In this document: in pieces, positions 1 to 17,953 of the stretch
How the letters are laid out: every line of letters starts with the position of its first letter
Numbering within the stretch: position 1 is the stretch's first letter
Source of the DNA: Trabulsiella odontotermitis
GTDB taxonomy: Bacteria > Pseudomonadota > Gammaproteobacteria > Enterobacterales > Enterobacteriaceae
Assembly: GCF_030053895.1 (NCBI RefSeq)
Contig: NZ_CP125781.1
Span: 3,924,458 to 3,948,457 of the forward strand
Length of the DNA: 24,000 bases
Direction of reading: 5' to 3'
The notes under the pieces: generated by a model
Seen by the model: only the letters and a program-made list of their open reading frames with translations
The model's database searches: none
Told to the model about the DNA's origin: nothing
Program-made: the position numbers and the translations under genes

Positions 1-320
1 ACACACTGACGCCCATCGCCCCGTGGATTGTCGATAAATCCGCGATTCCTGATCCGCATAACCTGACCCTGCGCACCTGGGTTAACGGCGAACTGCGTCA
101 GCAGGGCACCACCGCCGATCTGATTTTCGACATCCCCTTTCTGATTGCTTACCTGAGCGATTTTATGACCCTGCAACCAGGCGACATGATCGCCACCGGC
201 ACGCCGAAAGGGCTGTCTGACGTGGTACCGGGCGATGAAGTGGTGGTGGAAGTGGAAGGCGTGGGCCGCCTGGTCAACCGCATTATCAGCCAGCAGACGT
301 ATGAGGAGACGCTGAAATGA
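1..320 (+). CDS. hpaG: 3' end of the 4-hydroxyphenylacetate-pathway bifunctional isomerase/decarboxylase (FAH-fold C-terminal domain); 5' end is outside the window
   Basis: The frame is open from the left edge (codons start at nt 3). It translates to ...TWVNGELRQQGTTADLIFDIPFLIAYLSDFMTLQPGDMIATGTPKGLSDVVPGDEVVVEVEGVGRLVNRII..., a typical fumarylacetoacetate-hydrolase-family C-terminus. TGA at 318-320 overlaps the hpaE ATG (ATGA). It sits directly upstream of hpaE, as in hpaGEDFHI operons. Confidence 0.85.
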   Translation, partial: TLTPIAPWIVDKSAIPDPHNLTLRTWVNGELRQQGTTADLIFDIPFLIAYLSDFMTLQPGDMIATGTPKGLSDVVPGDEVVVEVEGVGRLVNRIISQQTYEETLK

Positions 321-1783
321 AAAAGATAAATCACTGGATTAACGGCAAAAACGTCGCCGGGAATGACTATTTCCACTCGACCAACCCGGCCACGGGCGAG
401 GTGCTGGCTGAAGTGGCGTCCGGCGGAGAAGTGGAAATCAACGAGGCGGTGGCAGCAGCAAAAGCGGCGTTCCCGAAATGGGCCAATCTGCCGATGAAAG
501 AGCGCGCACGCCTGATGCGTCGCCTCGGCGAGCTGATCGACGAAAACGTGCCGGACATCGCGGCGATGGAAACTGCCGACACCGGTCTGCCCATCCACCA
601 GACCAAAAACGTACTGATCCCACGCGCGTCGCATAACTTTGAGTTCTTCGCCGAAGTGTGCCAGCAGATGAACGGCAAAACCTACCCGGTCGACGACAAG
701 ATGCTGAACTACACGCTGGTGCAACCGGTGGGCGTCTGCGCGCTGGTCTCGCCATGGAACGTGCCGTTTATGACCGCCACCTGGAAAGTCGCGCCGTGCC
801 TGGCACTCGGTAATACCGCGGTGCTGAAAATGTCCGAACTGTCGCCGCTGACCGCCGATCGTCTGGGCGAGCTGGCGCTGGAAGCGGGCATTCCGGCGGG
901 CGTGCTGAATGTGGTGCAGGGCTATGGCGCCACGGCGGGCGATGCGCTGGTACGCCACCACGATGTACGCGCCGTATCGTTCACCGGTGGGACCGCAACG
1001 GGTCGCCGCATCATGCAGAACGCCGGGCTGAAAAAATATTCGATGGAGCTGGGCGGTAAATCGCCGGTGCTGGTGTTTGAAGACGCCGACATCGAGCGTG
1101 CGCTGGATGCCGCACTGTTCACCATTTTCTCGCTCAATGGCGAACGTTGCACCGCCGGGTCACGCATCTTCATTCAGCAAAGCATCTACCCGGAATTTGT
1201 GAAGCGCTTTGCCGAACGCGCCAACCGCCTGCGGGTGGGTGATCCGACCGATCCGAACACCCAGGTTGGGGCGCTTATCAGCCAGCAGCACTGGGATAAA
1301 GTCTCCGGCTACATCCGCCTCGGCATCGAAGAAGGTGCGACGCTACTGGCGGGCGGGCCGGACAAACCCACTGATCTGCCTGCGCATCTTAAAGGCGGCA
1401 ATTTCCTGCGCCCGACGGTACTGGCCGATGTCGACAATCGCATGCGCGTGGCACAGGAAGAGATTTTCGGCCCGGTGGCCTGCCTGCTGCCGTTCAAAGA
1501 CGAAGCCGAAGGGCTACGGCTGGCGAACGACGTGGAGTACGGCCTCGCCTCTTACATCTGGACCCAGGATGTCAGCAAAGTGCTGCGTCTGGCGCGCGGT
1601 ATTGAAGCCGGAATGGTGTTCGTCAATACACAAAACGTACGCGACCTGCGCCAGCCGTTCGGTGGCGTGAAAGCGTCCGGTACCGGTCGCGAAGGGGGTG
1701 AATACAGCTTTGAAGTGTTCGCTGAAATGAAAAATGTCTGCATTTCCATGGGCGATCACCCGATCCCAAAATGGGGAGTCTGA
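317..1783 (+). CDS. hpaE: 5-carboxymethyl-2-hydroxymuconate semialdehyde dehydrogenase (NAD-dependent ALDH family)
   Basis: 488-aa ORF with ALDH signatures visible: the glutamate motif MELGGKSP and the catalytic cysteine motif FSLNGERCTAGSR. Length and position match HpaE/HpcC. Confidence 0.95.
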   Translation: MKKINHWINGKNVAGNDYFHSTNPATGEVLAEVASGGEVEINEAVAAAKAAFPKWANLPMKERARLMRRLGELIDENVPDIAAMETADTGLPIHQTKNVLIPRASHNFEFFAEVCQQMNGKTYPVDDKMLNYTLVQPVGVCALVSPWNVPFMTATWKVAPCLALGNTAVLKMSELSPLTADRLGELALEAGIPAGVLNVVQGYGATAGDALVRHHDVRAVSFTGGTATGRRIMQNAGLKKYSMELGGKSPVLVFEDADIERALDAALFTIFSLNGERCTAGSRIFIQQSIYPEFVKRFAERANRLRVGDPTDPNTQVGALISQQHWDKVSGYIRLGIEEGATLLAGGPDKPTDLPAHLKGGNFLRPTVLADVDNRMRVAQEEIFGPVACLLPFKDEAEGLRLANDVEYGLASYIWTQDVSKVLRLARGIEAGMVFVNTQNVRDLRQPFGGVKASGTGREGGEYSFEVFAEMKNVCISMGDHPIPKWGV

Positions 1784-1784
1784 G

Positions 1785-2636
1785 ATGGGAAAGTTAGCGT
1801 TAGCTGCCAAAGTCACTCACGTTCCGTCGATGTATCTTTCTGAGTTGCCGGGGAAAAATCACGGTTGCCGCCAGTCGGCTATCGACGGGCATAAAGAGAT
1901 CAGCAAGCGTTGCCGCGAAATGGGCGTTGATACCATCATCGTGTTCGACACTCACTGGCTGGTCAACAGCGCCTATCACATCAACTGCGCGGATCATTTC
2001 GCCGGGGTCTACACCAGCAACGAGTTACCCCACTTCATCCGCGATCTGACCTATGAATACGACGGCAACCCGGCGCTCGGTCAGCTTATCGCCGACGAAG
2101 CCATTGCGCGTGGTGTGCGTGCCAAAGCGCACAACATCCCGAGCCTGAAGCTGGAGTACGGCACGCTGGTGCCGATGCGCTACATGAACAGCGACCGGCA
2201 TTTCAAGGTGATCTCGATTTCGGCGTTCTGCACGGTTCACGATTTTGCCGACAGCCGTAAGCTCGGCGAGGCCATTCTCAGCGCCATCGAAAAATACGAC
2301 GGTACCGTGGCGGTGCTCGCCAGCGGTTCGCTGTCGCACCGTTTCATTGACGACCAGCGCGCGGAAGAAGGAATGAACAACTACACCCGTGAATTCGATC
2401 GTCAGATGGACGAACGCGTCGTGAAGCTGTGGCGCGAGGGCAAATTCAAGGAGTTCTGCAGCATGCTGCCGGAATACGCCGATTACTGCTACGGCGAAGG
2501 CAACATGCACGACACCGTGATGCTGCTTGGCCTGTTGGGCTGGGACAACTACAACGGCAAGGTGGAGTTCATCACCGACCTGTTCCCCAGCTCCGGTACT
2601 GGTCAGGTCAATGCCGTTTTCCCGCTGCCTGCGTAA
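1785..2636 (+). CDS. hpaD: 3,4-dihydroxyphenylacetate (homoprotocatechuate) 2,3-dioxygenase, LigB-type extradiol dioxygenase
   Basis: The track ORF begins at 1734, inside hpaE. I chose the internal ATG at 1785, 1 nt after the hpaE stop, giving 283 aa that start MGKLALAAKVTHVPSMYLSELPGKNHGCRQ. This matches my recollection of the E. coli HpaD N-terminus and length. Confidence 0.92.
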   Translation: MGKLALAAKVTHVPSMYLSELPGKNHGCRQSAIDGHKEISKRCREMGVDTIIVFDTHWLVNSAYHINCADHFAGVYTSNELPHFIRDLTYEYDGNPALGQLIADEAIARGVRAKAHNIPSLKLEYGTLVPMRYMNSDRHFKVISISAFCTVHDFADSRKLGEAILSAIEKYDGTVAVLASGSLSHRFIDDQRAEEGMNNYTREFDRQMDERVVKLWREGKFKEFCSMLPEYADYCYGEGNMHDTVMLLGLLGWDNYNGKVEFITDLFPSSGTGQVNAVFPLPA

Positions 2637-2645
2637 GGATCCCTG

Positions 2646-3026
2646 ATGCCACATTTTATCGCCGAATGTACTGACAACCTCCGTGAGCAGGCCGACTTAC
2701 CGGGCCTGTTCGCCAAAGTGAACGACGCGCTCGCCGCCACTGGCATCTTCCCGACAGGCGGGATCCGTAGCCGCGCCCACTGGCTGGACACGTGGCAGAT
2801 GGCCGACGGCAAGCATGACTACGCCTTTGTTCACATGACGCTGAAAATTGGTGCCGGACGCAGCCTGGAGAGCCGCCAGCAGGTTGGTGAACAACTATTC
2901 GCGCTGATTAAAGCCCATTTCGCCGCGCTGATGGAGAGCCGCTATCTGGCACTCTCTTTCGAAATCGACGAGTTGCACCCGACGCTGAATTACAAGCAGA
3001 ACAACGTGCACGCCTTATTTAAGTAG
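2646..3026 (+). CDS. hpaF: 5-carboxymethyl-2-hydroxymuconate delta-isomerase (tautomerase superfamily)
   Basis: 126-aa ORF starting MPHFIAECT, so Pro follows the initiator Met, the catalytic Pro1 hallmark of the family. Size and position are as expected after hpaD. Confidence 0.9.
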   Translation: MPHFIAECTDNLREQADLPGLFAKVNDALAATGIFPTGGIRSRAHWLDTWQMADGKHDYAFVHMTLKIGAGRSLESRQQVGEQLFALIKAHFAALMESRYLALSFEIDELHPTLNYKQNNVHALFK

Positions 3027-3035
3027 CGCGTGATT

Positions 3036-3110
3036 TGCCCGGTGGCGCTTCGCTTACCGGGCCTACAACGGCTTCGAACGTAGACCGGGTAAGCAACGCG
3101 CCATCCGGCA
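3036..3110. repeat. Pair of REP (repetitive extragenic palindromic) units in inverted orientation (BIME-like) between hpaF and hpaH
   Basis: 3036-3066 reads TGCCCGGTGGCGCTTCGCTTACCGGGCCTAC. On the opposite strand, 3080-3110 reads GCCGGATGGCGCGTTGCTTACCCGGTCTAC. Each unit is an imperfect GC-rich palindrome ending in CTAC, and related units recur at 8168-8230 and 16731-16755. Confidence 0.65.
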
Positions 3111-3127
3111 CTGCCACAGGAATCACT

Positions 3128-3931
3128 ATGCTCGATAAACAGACCCGAACCCTGATCGCCCAACGGTTGAATCAGGCCGAAAAACAGCGTGAGCAAATCC
3201 GAGCGATCTCGCTCGATTACCCGACCATCACCATTGACGATGCCTACGCCGTACAGCGTGAATGGGTTGACCTCAAAATTGCCGAAGGCCGCGTGTTGAA
3301 AGGCCATAAAATCGGCCTGACCTCGAAAGCGATGCAGGCCAGCTCGCAGATCAGCGAACCGGATTACGGCGCGCTGCTCGACGACATGTTTTTTCATGAC
3401 GGCAGCGACATCCCGACTGATCGTTTTATCGTGCCACGCATCGAAGTCGAACTGGCGTTTGTGCTGGCGAAACCACTGCGCGGCCCAAACTGCACGCTGT
3501 TCGACGTTTACAACGCCACCGACTACGTGATCCCCGCGCTGGAACTGATCGACGCCCGCTGTCACAACGTCGATCCCGAAACCCAGCGCCCGCGCAAAGT
3601 GTTCGACACCATCTCCGATAACGCCGCTAACGCCGGGGTGATCCTCGGCGGTCGTCCGGTTAAGCCTGACGAACTGGATCTGCGCTGGATCTCCGCCCTG
3701 CTCTATCGCAACGGCGTCATTGAAGAGACCGGCGTCGCGGCAGGCGTGCTGAATCACCCGGCCAACGGCGTGGCGTGGCTGGCGAACAAACTGGCGCCGC
3801 ACGACGTACAGCTGGAAGCCGGGCAGATCATTCTCGGCGGTTCGTTTACCCGCCCGGTACCGGCGCGTAAGGGCGACACCTTCCACGTCGATTACGGCAA
3901 CATGGGCGCCATCAGTTGCCGTTTTGTGTAA
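3128..3931 (+). CDS. hpaH: 2-oxo-hept-3-ene-1,7-dioate hydratase
   Basis: The track ORF starts at 3035 but its first 31 codons translate the REP pair. The internal ATG at 3128 gives 267 aa starting [32 protein letters not shown], matching remembered HpaH/HpcG. It shows the hydratase-decarboxylase family pattern ([10 protein letters not shown]...). Confidence 0.9.
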   Translation: MLDKQTRTLIAQRLNQAEKQREQIRAISLDYPTITIDDAYAVQREWVDLKIAEGRVLKGHKIGLTSKAMQASSQISEPDYGALLDDMFFHDGSDIPTDRFIVPRIEVELAFVLAKPLRGPNCTLFDVYNATDYVIPALELIDARCHNVDPETQRPRKVFDTISDNAANAGVILGGRPVKPDELDLRWISALLYRNGVIEETGVAAGVLNHPANGVAWLANKLAPHDVQLEAGQIILGGSFTRPVPARKGDTFHVDYGNMGAISCRFV

Positions 3932-3941
3932 GGAGATGAAC

Positions 3942-4739
3942 ATGAATAACGCCTTTAAAGACGCACTGAAAGCGGGTCGCCCGCAAATCGGCCTGTGGCT
4001 GGGATTGTGCAGCAGTTACAGCGCCGAACTGTTAGCCGGTAGCGGCTTCGACTGGCTGCTGATCGACGCCGAGCACGCGCCCAACAACGTGCAGACGGTG
4101 TTAGGCCAGTTGCAGGCGGTCGCGCCATACCGCAGCCAGCCGGTGGTGCGCCCGTCGTGGAATGATCCGGTGCAGATCAAACAACTGCTGGATGTCGGCG
4201 CACAGACACTGCTGGTGCCGATGGTTCAAAACGCTGACGAAGCCCGGCTGGCGGTTCGCGCCACCCGCTATCCACCCGCTGGCATTCGCGGCGTGGGCAG
4301 CGCGCTGGCGCGGGCGTCGCGCTGGAACCGCATCCCGGATTATCTGCAACACGCCAACGACGCCATGTGCGTGCTGGTGCAAATCGAAACCCGGGAAGCG
4401 CTGAAAAACCTGCCGCAAATTCTGGATGTTGACGGTGTGGATGGGGTGTTTATCGGTCCGGCGGATCTCAGCGCCGACATGGGCTTTGCGGGTAATCCGC
4501 AGCATCCGGAAGTGCAGGCCGCCATTGAAACCGCCATCGCACAGATCCGTACGGCAGGCAAAGCGCCGGGCATTTTGATGGCCAACGAAGCGCTTGCTAA
4601 ACGCTACCTTGAACTCGGCGCGCTGTTTGTCGCCGTCGGTGTGGATACCACACTACTCGCCCGCGCCGCCGAAGCGTTAGCGGCGCGTTTTATCGATACA
4701 CCGGTTATGTCAGGCAATAACAATAAATCCGTCTACTAA
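3942..4739 (+). CDS. hpaI: 4-hydroxy-2-oxo-heptane-1,7-dioate aldolase (HpcH/HpaI class II aldolase)
   Basis: 265 aa from the ATG at 3942. AGGAGA at 3931-3936 gives 5-nt spacing; the ATGs at 3924 and 3936 lack usable spacing. The protein [22 protein letters not shown]...[12 protein letters not shown]...VQIETREAL... is recognisably HpaI. Confidence 0.9.
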   Translation: MNNAFKDALKAGRPQIGLWLGLCSSYSAELLAGSGFDWLLIDAEHAPNNVQTVLGQLQAVAPYRSQPVVRPSWNDPVQIKQLLDVGAQTLLVPMVQNADEARLAVRATRYPPAGIRGVGSALARASRWNRIPDYLQHANDAMCVLVQIETREALKNLPQILDVDGVDGVFIGPADLSADMGFAGNPQHPEVQAAIETAIAQIRTAGKAPGILMANEALAKRYLELGALFVAVGVDTTLLARAAEALAARFIDTPVMSGNNNKSVY

Positions 4740-4760
4740 CCGTACGATGTGGAGCGCATC

Positions 4761-6113
4761 ATGACGACCTCTACCCTGCAACCTAATGATAATAAAGCTA
4801 TTGAGCATCGCGTTATTAATAAGCTGTTCCGTCGTTTGATCGTTTTTCTTTTTATTCTGTTTGTTTTTTCGTTTCTCGATCGCATTAACATCGGCTTCGC
4901 CGGGCTGACGATGGGCAAAGATCTGGGTCTGACGTCAACCATGTTTGGTCTGGCGGCGACGCTGTTTTACGTCACCTACGTGCTGTGTGGGATCCCGAGC
5001 AACATCATGCTGGCCAAAGTCGGCGCACGCCGCTGGATAGCCGGGATCATGGTGGTGTGGGGCATCGCGTCTACCTGCACCATGTTCGCCACCAGCCCGC
5101 ATACGCTGTACATCCTGCGCATGCTGGTGGGCATTGCGGAAGCCGGTTTTTTACCAGGGATCCTGGTCTACCTGACATGGTGGTTCCCGGCGTATCACCG
5201 CGCCCGCGCCAACGCGCTGTTTATGATCGCCATGCCGGTGACGATGATGCTCGGCTCGATCCTCTCCGGCTATATTCTGGCACTCGATGGACTGTGGGAT
5301 CTGAAAGGCTGGCAGTGGCTGTTCCTGCTGGAAGGATTGCCGTCTGTCGTGCTCGGCGTGGTGACATGGTTCTTTCTCAACGATACGCCGGATCAGGCCA
5401 CCTGGCTCGATGAGAAGGAAAAACAGACACTCAAAGCAATGATCGCCCGCGAACAGGAAGTGGCGGTTTCGCCAACGTTCGCGTCGCGCTCCACTCTGCG
5501 TGAAGTGCTGACCCCCGCCGTGCTGCTCTACACGCTGGCCTATTTTTGCCTGACCAACACGCTCAGCGCCATCAACATCTGGACGCCACAGATCCTGCAA
5601 AGCTTTAACACCGGCAGCAGCAATATTGTGATTGGCCTGCTGGCGGCGATCCCACAGTTTTGCACTATCCTCGGCATGATCTGGTGGAGCCGTCGTTCAG
5701 ACAGGTTAAAAGAGCGAAAAAAGCACACCATCCTGCCCTATCTGTTCGCCGCGGCGGGATGGCTGCTGGCCTCGGCCACCGATCACAGCCTGATCCAGTT
5801 GCTGGGTATCATTATGGCCTCAACCGGATCGTTTACCGCCATGGCGATATTCTGGACCACGCCAGACCAGGTGATTAGCCTGTCGTCCCGCGCGGTAGCG
5901 CTGGCGGTGATCAACGCCATCGGTAATGTGGGATCCGCCGTCAGTCCGTTGCTGATCGGTATTCTGCGTGATGCTACCGGCAGCTTTAGTTCAGGGTTGT
6001 GGTTTGTTGCCGGATTGCTGATTGTGGGAGCGCTGGTGCTGACACGCATTCCGATGACCCGGCGGGAAAGTCGTCAACGCGCAGCAGGCATGGCGCCGCA
6101 GAAGATCCACTAA
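4761..6113 (+). CDS. hpaX: 4-hydroxyphenylacetate transporter, MFS (anion:cation symporter type)
   Basis: Polytopic membrane protein with ...KLFRRLIVFLFILFVFSFLDRINIGFAGLTMGKDLGLTS..., matching remembered HpaX. The track start at 4749 is GTG. I prefer the ATG at 4761, with GGAG at 4751-4754 (6-nt spacing); the start is uncertain by 4 codons. Confidence 0.87.
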   Translation: MTTSTLQPNDNKAIEHRVINKLFRRLIVFLFILFVFSFLDRINIGFAGLTMGKDLGLTSTMFGLAATLFYVTYVLCGIPSNIMLAKVGARRWIAGIMVVWGIASTCTMFATSPHTLYILRMLVGIAEAGFLPGILVYLTWWFPAYHRARANALFMIAMPVTMMLGSILSGYILALDGLWDLKGWQWLFLLEGLPSVVLGVVTWFFLNDTPDQATWLDEKEKQTLKAMIAREQEVAVSPTFASRSTLREVLTPAVLLYTLAYFCLTNTLSAINIWTPQILQSFNTGSSNIVIGLLAAIPQFCTILGMIWWSRRSDRLKERKKHTILPYLFAAAGWLLASATDHSLIQLLGIIMASTGSFTAMAIFWTTPDQVISLSSRAVALAVINAIGNVGSAVSPLLIGILRDATGSFSSGLWFVAGLLIVGALVLTRIPMTRRESRQRAAGMAPQKIH

Positions 6114-6122
6114 GGAGCCGCC

Positions 6123-7013
6123 ATGTGCCAGCCGACTATCGCCAACATTGATATCAGCAAAGATTACGATGAAAGTCTGGGCAGTGAAGATGTGCATTAT
6201 CAGTCATTTGCACGCATGGCGGCCTTTTTTGGCCGCGACATGCAGGCACATCGCCACGACCAGTTTTTTCAGATGCACTTTCTGGATACCGGGCAGATCG
6301 AGCTGCAACTCGACGACCATCGTTACTCAGTGCAGGCACCGCTGTTTGTGCTGACGCCGCCGTCGGTGCCGCACGCATTTATCACCGAATCGGACAGCGA
6401 TGGTCATGTGCTGACGGTGCGTGAAGATCTGGTCTGGCCGCTGTTAGAAGTGCTCTACCCCGGCACGCGGGAAACGTTCGGTTTGCCGGGGATCTGCCTG
6501 TCGCTCGCGGATAAGCCCGAAGAACTGACGGCGCTGGCACATTACTGGCAACTGATTAAACGGGAATCCACCGCCGGATTGCCGGGGCGTGAGCACACAC
6601 TGGTGCTGCTGGCGCAGGCGGTGTTCACCCTGCTGCTGCGTAACGCAAAGCTCGACGACCACGCCGCCAGCGGCATGCGTGGTGAATTAAAGCTGTTCCA
6701 GCGATTCACCCAGATGATTGATGTGCACTACCATCAGCACTGGACGCTGCCGGATTACGCCCGCGAACTGCATATCACCGAATCGCGGCTGACGGATATC
6801 TGCCGCCGTTTCGCCAACCGCCCGCCCAAACGGCTGATTTTCGACCGGCAAATGCGTGAAGCCAAACGACTACTGCTCTTCTCCGACAGCGCGGTGAATG
6901 AAATCGCCTGGCAACTGGGGTTTAAAGATCCGGCCTATTTCGCCCGCTTTTTTAATCGCCTGACAGGCTGCTCGCCGAGCGCGTATCGCGCGAAACAGGT
7001 GCCGGTGTCGTAG
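6123..7013 (+). CDS. hpaA: AraC/XylS-family transcriptional activator of the 4-HPA hydroxylase operon
   Basis: 296 aa. The N-terminus MCQPTIANIDISKDYDESLG...HYQSFARMAAFFGRDMQAHRHDQFFQMHFLD (cupin-like sensor domain) matches remembered E. coli W HpaA. The C-terminus has an AraC double HTH (...DYARELHITESRLTDICRR...EIAWQLGFKDPAYFARFF). AGGAG lies 5 nt upstream of the ATG. Confidence 0.88.
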   Translation: MCQPTIANIDISKDYDESLGSEDVHYQSFARMAAFFGRDMQAHRHDQFFQMHFLDTGQIELQLDDHRYSVQAPLFVLTPPSVPHAFITESDSDGHVLTVREDLVWPLLEVLYPGTRETFGLPGICLSLADKPEELTALAHYWQLIKRESTAGLPGREHTLVLLAQAVFTLLLRNAKLDDHAASGMRGELKLFQRFTQMIDVHYHQHWTLPDYARELHITESRLTDICRRFANRPPKRLIFDRQMREAKRLLLFSDSAVNEIAWQLGFKDPAYFARFFNRLTGCSPSAYRAKQVPVS

Positions 7014-7033
7014 ATCGTCCATATCGATGCAGA

Positions 7034-7054
7034 TGGGGTAAATTTTTACTAAAA
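7034..7054. promoter_or_regulatory. Candidate EbgR operator-like site (imperfect inverted repeat) upstream of ebgR
   Basis: TGGGGTAAA-TT-TTTACTAAAA. The right half is identical to the right half of the perfect palindrome at 8296-8316; the left half shares only ..GTAAA. The assignment to EbgR is an inference. Confidence 0.35.
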
Positions 7055-7091
7055 TTAAGCCTAATAGTTGTCCCTGAAAAACCCTCGCTTA

Positions 7092-7101
7092 TTTACTAAA
7101 A
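7092..7101. promoter_or_regulatory. Isolated third copy of the TTTACTAAAA half-site upstream of ebgR
   Basis: Exact 10-mer TTTACTAAAA, also present at 7045-7054 and 8308-8317. No recognisable partner half-site is present. A possible -10 (TACAAT, 7128-7133) lies about 30 nt downstream. Confidence 0.25.
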
Positions 7102-7155
7102 ACAGATGCATGTCCTCCGGCTTCCTTTACAATACACAAGCGCAGACAGTGGTAA

Positions 7156-8157
<1,002 letters not shown>

Positions 8158-8167
8158 TTCCAGCCGC

Positions 8168-8230
8168 CAATGCCCGGTAAGCGCCGCGCCGCCGGGTATT
8201 GCCGGGCGGATCTTCGTTTGCCCGGCCTAC
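8168..8230. repeat. Two REP-like palindromic units downstream of ebgR
   Basis: On the opposite strand, 8168-8198 reads TACCCGGCGGCGCGGCGCTTACCGGGCATTG. 8199-8230 reads TTGCCGGGCGGATCTTCGTTTGCCCGGCCTAC. Both belong to the same family as the units at 3036-3110 and probably also act as a transcript-end hairpin for ebgR. Confidence 0.55.
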
Positions 8231-8295
8231 ATAATTCCCGCACCTGTTTTTCTTTTTCGTGATCAAGTTAAAGATAATCATTTTTACTGATTTTA

Positions 8296-8316
8296 TTTAG
8301 TAAAATATTTACTAAA
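8296..8316. promoter_or_regulatory. Candidate ebg operator: perfect 9-bp-arm inverted repeat in the ebgA control region
   Basis: TTTAGTAAA-ATA-TTTACTAAA, with arms that are exact reverse complements, lies 38-58 nt upstream of the ebgA ATG. It overlaps AT-rich -10-like hexamers (TAAAAT 8301-8306, TATTTA 8306-8311, TAAAAT 8313-8318). An extra half-site-like TTTACTGA lies at 8283-8290. Binding by EbgR is inferred from position and LacI-family logic. Confidence 0.5.
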
Positions 8317-8329
8317 ATCCCGGCAATGA

Positions 8330-11892
<3,563 letters not shown>

Positions 11893-11916
11893 AAACATCG
11901 GGCGGCGTCAATGTAG

Positions 11917-16721
<4,805 letters not shown>

Positions 16722-16730
16722 CGCCGCGTT

Positions 16731-16763
16731 GCCCGGTGGCGCTGCGCCACCGGGCCTGGTTTT
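16731..16763 (+). terminator. GC-rich palindrome (REP-like) plus short T-run between the convergent genes ygjK and lsrG
   Basis: GCCCGGTGGCGC-T-GCGCCACCGGGC has 12-bp exact arms (16731-16742 and 16744-16755), followed by CTGG and then TTTT (16760-16763). The T-run is short and not flush with the stem, so function as an intrinsic terminator is plausible but not certain. There is no T-run on the lsrG side. Confidence 0.45.
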
Positions 16764-17058
16764 ACACTTCCGGTAACAATCCAATAAAACTCCGTTTTTT
16801 ACGCGGTTCGGACATCAACGCTTCCAGTTTTTCCACGCAGGCCAGATAGTGCGGGGTTTTCTTGTGCGCCAGCACGGCCGCATCATCTTTGTAGGCCTCG
16901 TAGATGAAAAAGCGCGTTTTGACTTCAGGATCCTGCAACACGTCGAAACGCAGGTTGCCCGGCTCCGTTAGCGCGCCTTCATGGTTGGCGCGAAATACCG
17001 CAAGAAATTCGTCCACCCGCTCCGGTTTAATGTTGATTTCCACCAGCGTTACATTCAT
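16762..17058 (-). CDS. lsrG: Phospho-AI-2 (P-DPD) isomerase, ABM-fold
   Basis: 98 aa. [69 protein letters not shown] is colinear with remembered E. coli LsrG. Its ATG overlaps the lsrF stop (ATGA). Confidence 0.92.
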   Translation of the reverse strand: MNVTLVEINIKPERVDEFLAVFRANHEGALTEPGNLRFDVLQDPEVKTRFFIYEAYKDDAAVLAHKKTPHYLACVEKLEALMSEPRKKRSFIGLLPEV

Positions 17059-17942
17059 TTGCCTTCTCCCTGTTTTTCCTCCTGCCAGAACTGGAACGCT
17101 TCACGGGCGCTCATGTTCTCGTGAACCACCTTTTTCACCGCTTTCAGCATCGACAGCGGCGCACTGGACTGGAAGATGTTGCGCCCCATATCCACGCCGG
17201 AAGCGCCCTGGTCGATCGCCCGCCAGCACATGTCCAGCGCCTCGTGTTCCGGCAGTTTTTTGCCGCCAGCAATCACAATCGGCACCGGGCAACTGGCGGT
17301 AACTTTTTCAAAGCCCTCTTCCACAAAATAGGTTTTCACGAACTGCGCGCCCATTTCCGCAGCAATACGGCTGGCGAGGGAGAAATAGCGGGCGTCGCGC
17401 GCCATCTCCTTGCCGACACCGGTGACCGCGAGTACCGGCATACCGTAACGGTTACCGGCATCCACCAGTTTGATGATGTTGTTGATCGACTGATGCTCGT
17501 GTTCGCTGCCGATATAGACCTGCGCCGCCACCGCACACACGTTGAGGCGCAACGCATCTTCCATCGCCACCGCCACGCACTCGTTGGACAGCTCGGTCAG
17601 GATCGAGTTGCCGCCTGACGCGCGCAGCACGACCGGTTTGTTGGTCGCCGCTGGCACCTGGCTGCGCAGAATACCGCGCGTACACATCAGCACGTCGGTT
17701 TCCTGGAACAGCGGCGCAATGGAGAGATCGATACGCTCAAGCCCGGTGGTTGCCCCCTGAAAATAGCCATGATCGAACGCCAGCATCGCGGTTCGGTTGC
17801 TTTTCGGGTTAAAAATACGCGCCAGTCGCGACTGCATACCCCAGTCCAGCGAACCGCAGCCTTTCAGGGTGTAGAGCGCGTTTTTCTGCGGCGTACCAAT
17901 GCCAAAATCTTTCCCGTCTTTGATGTCGTCTAAATCAGCCAT
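17055..17942 (-). CDS. lsrF: 3-hydroxy-5-phosphonooxypentane-2,4-dione thiolase (class I aldolase-like DhnA family)
   Basis: From the ATG at 17942 the protein starts [13 protein letters not shown]...[22 protein letters not shown]...[11 protein letters not shown], as in remembered E. coli LsrF. The track start at 17954 (4 codons longer, overlapping the lsrB stop) is an alternative. GGGGGAGAAG precedes the chosen ATG. Confidence 0.9.
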   Translation of the reverse strand: MADLDDIKDGKDFGIGTPQKNALYTLKGCGSLDWGMQSRLARIFNPKSNRTAMLAFDHGYFQGATTGLERIDLSIAPLFQETDVLMCTRGILRSQVPAATNKPVVLRASGGNSILTELSNECVAVAMEDALRLNVCAVAAQVYIGSEHEHQSINNIIKLVDAGNRYGMPVLAVTGVGKEMARDARYFSLASRIAAEMGAQFVKTYFVEEGFEKVTASCPVPIVIAGGKKLPEHEALDMCWRAIDQGASGVDMGRNIFQSSAPLSMLKAVKKVVHENMSAREAFQFWQEEKQGEGK

Positions 17943-17953
17943 CTTCTCCCCCA

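Noticed and set aside
149-961. 270-aa - strand ORF spanning the hpaG/hpaE junction
   Set aside because: It is antisense to two recognisable hpa genes and has an Arg/His-rich, low-complexity product, so it is a shadow ORF.
2990-3943. 317-aa ORF on the - strand, exactly antisense to hpaH
   Set aside because: The + strand product is recognisably HpaH. The antisense product is Arg/Gly/Ala/Val-rich and low in complexity, has no family motif and no ribosome-binding site, and also reads through the REP pair. This is a typical shadow ORF of GC-rich coding DNA.
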